This document shows, in pieces, positions 57,130-64,000 of a stretch of 64,000 nt of DNA (the stretch's first letter is position 1; the number at the start of each line of letters is the position of its first letter). The stretch is from Octopus sinensis. Its lineage: Eukaryota. The position numbers and the translations under genes were made by a program. Where the stretch lies: contig NC_043004.1 of the NCBI RefSeq assembly GCF_006345805.1, positions 94,302,001-94,366,000 of the forward strand. Direction: 5' to 3'. Below the pieces are notes generated by a model. The model was not told where the DNA came from. It worked only from the letters and a program-made list of their open reading frames with translations, and did no database searches.

Positions 57130-57408
57130 TACATATGTGGGAAATTCTGTTTCTGGGTGTGTTTGTGGAGTTTCAGACTGTTGAAAATATCTGGAAGGGA
57201 TCCTTATATAAAGCCAAGGGAAATAACCCATTCAGTTTCCTGATTTAGTTGGTATAAATCAAATTGAGTATGCTTATTTCTTAGCACTTGAACTGTTAGA
57301 GTTATTTTCGCAATAACAAGTAAATAGTATTTTCCTTAACAATAGATCCACTTATTTCGTTTGGTATATTCACGCATATACCAACACTAGTGCCCCTGAG
57401 GGTAATAT
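56432..57408. repeat. ~977-bp near-perfect palindrome centred on a (TA)n tract
   Basis: atattaccctcaggggcactagt... at 56432 mirrors ...actagtgcccctgagggtaatat at 57408. The arms differ, as far as read, only in microsatellite lengths. Confidence 0.95.
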
Positions 57409-57854
57409 TCTCGGGGAACGCACAAAAGTGCATTTCTGAGTTATTTACTTTGAATTGTTTGTTATTTCAAATCTGATTAACCTGTTATTACGTAACATGC
57501 TTCACGATTTTAGTATACATACCTTATTAGTATTTCCTCCTTTGTTCTATATACTCTGGAAACGCATTAAAGCCCCTTTCGAGGCTACTTTATTTAAATT
57601 CTTACAATCGGGCAACAAATTTCATGTTATTATATAAGTGACTTCACAATTTGGGTATTCATAACTTATTGGGATTTCCTGAAAACAAGATCCTGTGTAA
57701 GACAGTTCGGTATTCTCTGTAAATGCACAAAAACCGTTTTAAGGACTATATACTTTGTACTGTTGTTATTGGATTAGCGAAACAATTATGAGAACGGAAC
57801 TAAGGGATAAGCCCCGCTTTCCTGGTAATTACCGGGTACGTCAGCTAATAAATG

Positions 57855-58860
<1,006 letters not shown>

Positions 58861-59829
58861 AAAACTATAGTAGTAATTTATACATGAAAGGGTTGTAGAT
58901 TGGTATAACGTTATAAGATATTGATTTAGGTAGGAAGTACAATAATATTGATTTACGTGTATTTAAGGGATTAATATGGAAAAGCAGGAATAAAATTTTG
59001 TTGTAGATCTGAATTGCTGCTTTTGATGGCAATATGCAAGAGTAATATGAATGCTAGTGAAGTTATCAAAATGTAATAACATGGTATATTACCGGCAAAT
59101 TGATTTAAGGTTTAGAAGCAATTATGTGGTGCTGGATTTTTAAAATGGCAGAATCTAATTGCAAATTAGTTTTTACGAAAGGGATGTTAAAAACCTCCCT
59201 TTCATGCTTTAAGAATGGAAAATGTGATCCTGATTAAAATTGTTGGCACCTTATGAATGAGTGTGTATGTAATAAAAGAATATTTGGATGGGGAGACAGG
59301 TGAGATTTGGGATGCAAAAAGCAAAGTGTAAATCTATCATAATTTTAGAAGTAATCTAGTTATAAGCATGTGCTGTTCGTATATGAGGTGTTGTCGTTAG
59401 GTGGCGGTTTGAGTAGATTTATGATAGGAAGTGTTGATAAAAAACAGTGTGGATAAATGAAAGAATTAGTCATGGTATCGTAGTAGTGCTGATGAATTAA
59501 AAACAAAACCCAGCTACTATTGATTTTCAACAATATTGGGGTAAAGTTGGCGTGTATTGTATAGAATGATGTGCCTAAGCTGAAAACAAAAGGGAAGCGA
59601 TATTGTAGGAGGGAATGCAGGGAAAATAAAATAGATTTGAAGAAATAGAAAGTAAAAGATGCGTACAGAGATGCGGGAGGAAAACAAAGGCAGAAAACAA
59701 AACTGAAAGAATTACAATATAAGAATGAAAAAATGTAAAAAAATATGATAGTTGCATAATACAAATATTGATGTATATAGATATGTAAACAAGATTTTAT
59801 ATATAATTATACAGTTGTGCATAAAGAAA

Positions 59830-60032
59830 TGTATGTGTGCGTGCGTGTGTGCGTGTGTGTGTGTGTGTGTGTCTGTGTGTGTGTGCGTGCATGCGTGCGT
59901 GTGTGTGTGTGTGTGCGTGTGTGTGTACGTGCGTGTGTGCGTGTGTGCGTGTGTGCGTGTGTGTGTGTGTGTGTACGTGCGTGTGTGCGTGTGTGCGTGC
60001 GCGCGTGTGTGCGTGTGTGCGTGCGTGCGTGC

Positions 60033-60081
<49 letters not shown>

Positions 60082-60100
60082 TGTGTGTGTGAGTGTGTGT
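59830..60100. repeat. (GT)n/(GCGT)n microsatellite
   Basis: Direct reading. A lone family D head follows at ~60100-60170. Confidence 0.95.
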
Positions 60101-61029
60101 GTTAAGGCGCGTGGCCTACTGGTTAAGGTGTTGGATTCTCGTCTTAAAGTCATGGTTTCGGTTCTTGATCTCTTGAAATTATAATTGCTATAACAATATT
60201 GTTTCCTTGTTTCAGAGCCATTTTTCAAGAAAGTGTATTGATCACATTCATTTTTATCTTTCATTCTTATTGTATTTAAGAAATAAAAGAAACGTAAACG
60301 GATATGCTGTATTTTCCAGCATACAGCCAAAATAAAGGTAGGTCGATTCATACATCAAGACGATTTTGGAGGATCAAATATTCCATCTGAAATGTAGCAG
60401 AATTTGAAAAGATAGTGCCGATGATTGTATCTTTAAACTACATGATTACACTAGGTACTACGTCGATTTGGATGCCAGGAAATACGGTAAGCGACTTGAT
60501 CGCTATTATTTGGTGACAGCGTCAATGGCATAATATCTTACCCTTCAGAAAAATATTATGCTATTGGCCTACGAAAATTACTCGTTTTGGTTTGTAACAG
60601 TCGTACAAAGTTCCACTTAGTATCTCTAAGTCGAATACACTAGAGACCTGAGTTCCAGAGCAAGGCAAGTGGGGATAACACTCCCCTACTACCGCCACCA
60701 CCACCACCAAATACAATAAGTTTATTGGATCACCACATATTAAAATGGAGTGGTCTTTGACATTAGTGAAAGCTTTGGTCTTTCTATTTCCTAGCTCACC
60801 TCTAAATTGCATCTGAAGTTATTTGTAAGTACAGAGGAAGCTGTTACAGGCTGCCTAGCTACATTTAAAGGTCTCAAATGCAAAGATGAGGGCACAGTTT
60901 GCCATTATCTTTTCCTATTCTGCCACCATAGCATGAAACATCAGATGAAAGGAATAGAAAAAGTCACAAGAAATATTAAGAAATCTTTCAAATTTTTCTT
61001 GGAGGTGTATACAATTCTAATAATTTTAC

Positions 61030-61392
61030 TTTGCGGTTTTGCAACTACGCGGTTTCGGGTTTAGTCCCACGATGTAGCACTTTGAGCAAGTGTCTTCTAC
61101 TATACAGCCTCGGGTCGATCAATGCCTTGAGTTAATTTCGCATGCAGAAATTCACAGAAATGTGTACAAGCCCGTCGTATATGTGCCTATACATGTATGC
61201 ATCTATGTCTTTGTGTTTGTGTTAGTCTCCTCCCCAGCCGCATTGTTAATTTGTTTACGTCCCCGACAAAAAATACTGGTGGAATAAGTATGGGGCTTTC
61301 AAAAAATAAGTACTGGAGTCAACTGTTTGACTAAACATTTCAAGGCATTGCCCTAGCGCGGCCGCAGTCCAGTGACTTAGACAAGTAAAGGA
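61030..61392 (+). mobile_element. SINE family C, diverged
   Basis: gggtttagtccc...ctttgagcaagtgtcttctactatacagcctcgg...gcccgtcg...gcggccgcagtccagtgacttagacaagtaaag. Confidence 0.8.
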
Positions 61393-62069
61393 TAAATATT
61401 TACTTTATCAAACAATATAGACTAGCTAATTTGGCGTATGGTCATCCGAAGATTTTCTTAAATATTTCCATCAAAAAATGGTAGAAAAAAAACTAAAAAT
61501 AAAACCTACAGTCTAATGACTTGCCCTTCTAACATTCAAACATAATGGAATCACTCGTAAGCAACCGCATCTTTTATCACTTTGAGTACCTATTCTTTCT
61601 TCGCTACTATCACTATGGTTACCATGAAGTTTCATCTATTGTTGAATCTACCTGCCCTTCCTCGCGCATCAGTAGTCTTTTCGCTTGGGTTATTTTTCTG
61701 AATAATCTCAAGCTGAAAGTGCTTGCTTTGGAGGGAGACGTGCCGGTCGTTATTCGACGCCACCAGAGAATTTCATACCGTCAGGTGTTGGTGGTTGGTG
61801 TTCAGGCGGTAACCGTTTAATTCGCAAGCATTCTGCGCAACTGGTTTAAAAATATAATAAAAGCAGATCGTATTATTTACGACAGGTACCTCTTTGCATC
61901 AGCAAAGATTTTTTTGATACGTTCTAGCAAAAGAACAACATAGGTAAACTTCCAGTCTTTGGGTCTCAGTCATCTTTCATCGCCTGAATCGAAAGTTAAC
62001 TTTAAGGCTGTTCCTTGCAGAATTCTTACCTACTTCTCTAATCACCTCTCTCTCTTTCTTTCTTTCTTT

Positions 62070-62106
<37 letters not shown>

Positions 62107-62261
62107 TTCGACCTCTTTCTCTCACACACATACACACACGCACGCAAACATTCTGTCAACTTAGGTGTACCTCTGGGTTCGATTTTACCTTTCTACACTC
62201 TTCCGCCTGTACATCAATTATCAATTCGGTGTTACTTACAGCTACACTCCTATGCAAATAA

Positions 62262-62484
62262 AATCGGTTTCATATTTTGGCACAAGGTCAGCAATTTCAG
62301 GGAGAGGGCAGGTCTATTACATCAACCCCAGAACTTAATTGGTGCTTATTTTATCGATTCTGAAAGGATGAAAGGCGAAGTCAACCTCGGTGGAATTTCA
62401 ATGAAGAACGTAAAGACGGACGAAACGCCCCTCAGCATTTTGCCAGGCGTGCTAACGATTCTGCCAGATCACCACCTATCCTAT
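62262..62484 (-). mobile_element. SINE family A, full length
   Basis: The 13-bp TSD cctatgcaaataa is at 62249-61 and 62485-97. Confidence 0.88.
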
Positions 62485-63229
62485 CCTATGCAAATAATAT
62501 CAACCTCTATTGTTACCTCAAACTCCAACATATAAGTGTTAACCACAAGCACTTTACACTTGACTTTCACAACAATAAATCTAAGGTTATATTATCCAAT
62601 ATGTCTCTTACTTTTTAAAACGGAAGGATATGATTTGAGAGAAAATTCGACTAATATTTCTAGCAATGAAGATTCCTCATTACCTCGTCTGATGTAATAT
62701 GTCAGTATCGTCTGCTTAGCTCAATCGACCATACTACTCTCTTCCATATCGTTCGTAAAAATCAACCCGGTTTAGTTTCACGTGAGTGTTGTTTCCGACC
62801 TACTGAACTATATCAAATTTACGAAACGAGTTCATTACACCACAGACCTTCATTGAAATGCGGTAACTGTGTCATTTTCCCTTCTCTTCTATAATTCCAA
62901 GTATTTTTTTCTCCTTCTTTTCGTTCGTTGAATGTAGGAAGTGAGGGCTTCGTCCCCCAAGTATTTGTATTTTATTTTACTTTTAGTTTTATATATTTCG
63001 TTATTTTGTTTTGCTTTTGTGTTTTGAGGAGTAACATTATAATGTGCTTTGTCCTGTAAGTGGCACTCTACGAATACAAATTATCTATGTAAATTACACA
63101 CTTAAAGAAGAGTAAATATGAGTGATGTTGCTGCTGTTGCTGCTGTTGTTAGTCTTACTACAGCATGCACGCACTAATTGTAGTAGTGGTTGGTATCACT
63201 AAACTTTTCAAGTGCTCGTATGTATGTCT

Positions 63230-63251
63230 ATGCGTGTGTATACATACATAC

Positions 63252-63290
<39 letters not shown>

Positions 63291-63470
63291 TAATGTGTGT
63301 GTGTGGTGTGTGGTGTTATATATATATGTATCTGTATATGTATGTATACATACGTACACGTCAACATATATACACACACATATGTATATATATACACATT
63401 TATTTGTATATATATATGTTTATATATGTATATATGTATATATATATGTATATATATGTATATATATATG

Positions 63471-63501
<31 letters not shown>

Positions 63502-63662
63502 ATATATATATATATATATATACGTATATGTATATGTATGTATACATACACATCATACATATATATGTTATATATATATATATGTGTGTATATATATATA
63601 TATGTATATATATGTATATATATATATATATATATTGTGTATGTGTGTATATATATATATAT

Positions 63663-63694
<32 letters not shown>

Positions 63695-63715
63695 CATATA
63701 TATATACATATATAG
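63230..63715. repeat. AT-rich (TA)/(TATG) low-complexity region
   Basis: Direct reading. Confidence 0.95.
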
Positions 63716-64000
63716 TACATTGTCGTATTATTGGTTGAAAAGTAGTCCAACCAGCAAAAGATAAATATCACGCTATAAGAAGCTCATCAGATTACTGTAC
63801 TATCCGAGGTATGAAACTTATAGCAGCTCACATTTAAATCGGGTGTTTATTAAATTATTCACACACACACACACATACACAGATGCACGCGCGCATGCGT
63901 AGTTGTGTGTGTGGGTGGGTGGGTGTGAAAAGTTCAAACAGAAAGTCATTCACTTCCACTTCATCATCGTCGTACAGAAACGTGCAAGTGCTAAGGACAC

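Noticed and set aside
59100-59600. Possible Tx1/L1-like ORF2 C-terminal remnant (..CWHLMNEC.., ..FQQYWGKVGVYC..)
   Set aside because: Too decayed to support by eye; it needs a frameshift-aware blastx search.

Overview
AT-rich, microsatellite- and SINE-dense eukaryotic DNA. The repeat content suggests an octopus (coleoid cephalopod); this is inferred, not proven. The one clear host gene is a + strand, ~9.6-kb uninterrupted exon encoding a ~3,170-aa, mostly low-complexity protein with two AT-hook motifs and four C-terminal C2H2 zinc fingers. A strong splice acceptor ends at 34160, and the upstream exons are unresolved. The rest is transposon-derived. It includes at least four tRNA-derived SINE families (many with target-site duplications, TSDs), a decayed Helitron Rep ORF, Helitron-type 3' termini, mariner, hAT and piggyBac MITEs, and CRE- and CR1/Jockey-like LINE 3' fragments. 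The most striking unannotated signal is a set of type I hammerhead ribozyme motifs with zero-loop palindromic stem III and unusually long stem II hairpins. Two back-to-back inverted pairs form fold-backs (11969-12395 and 24178-24549), and the first has a fully canonical core. A single sense copy lies ~370 nt upstream of the giant exon's acceptor (33661-33795), and a minimal variant lies at 54405-54439. Other notable items are three SINE insertions at the same site of another repeat, TSD-flanked SINE multimers, a ~95-bp duplication flanking a SINE, and a ~977-bp near-perfect palindrome. All structures and alignments were read by eye; no folding or database searches were run.
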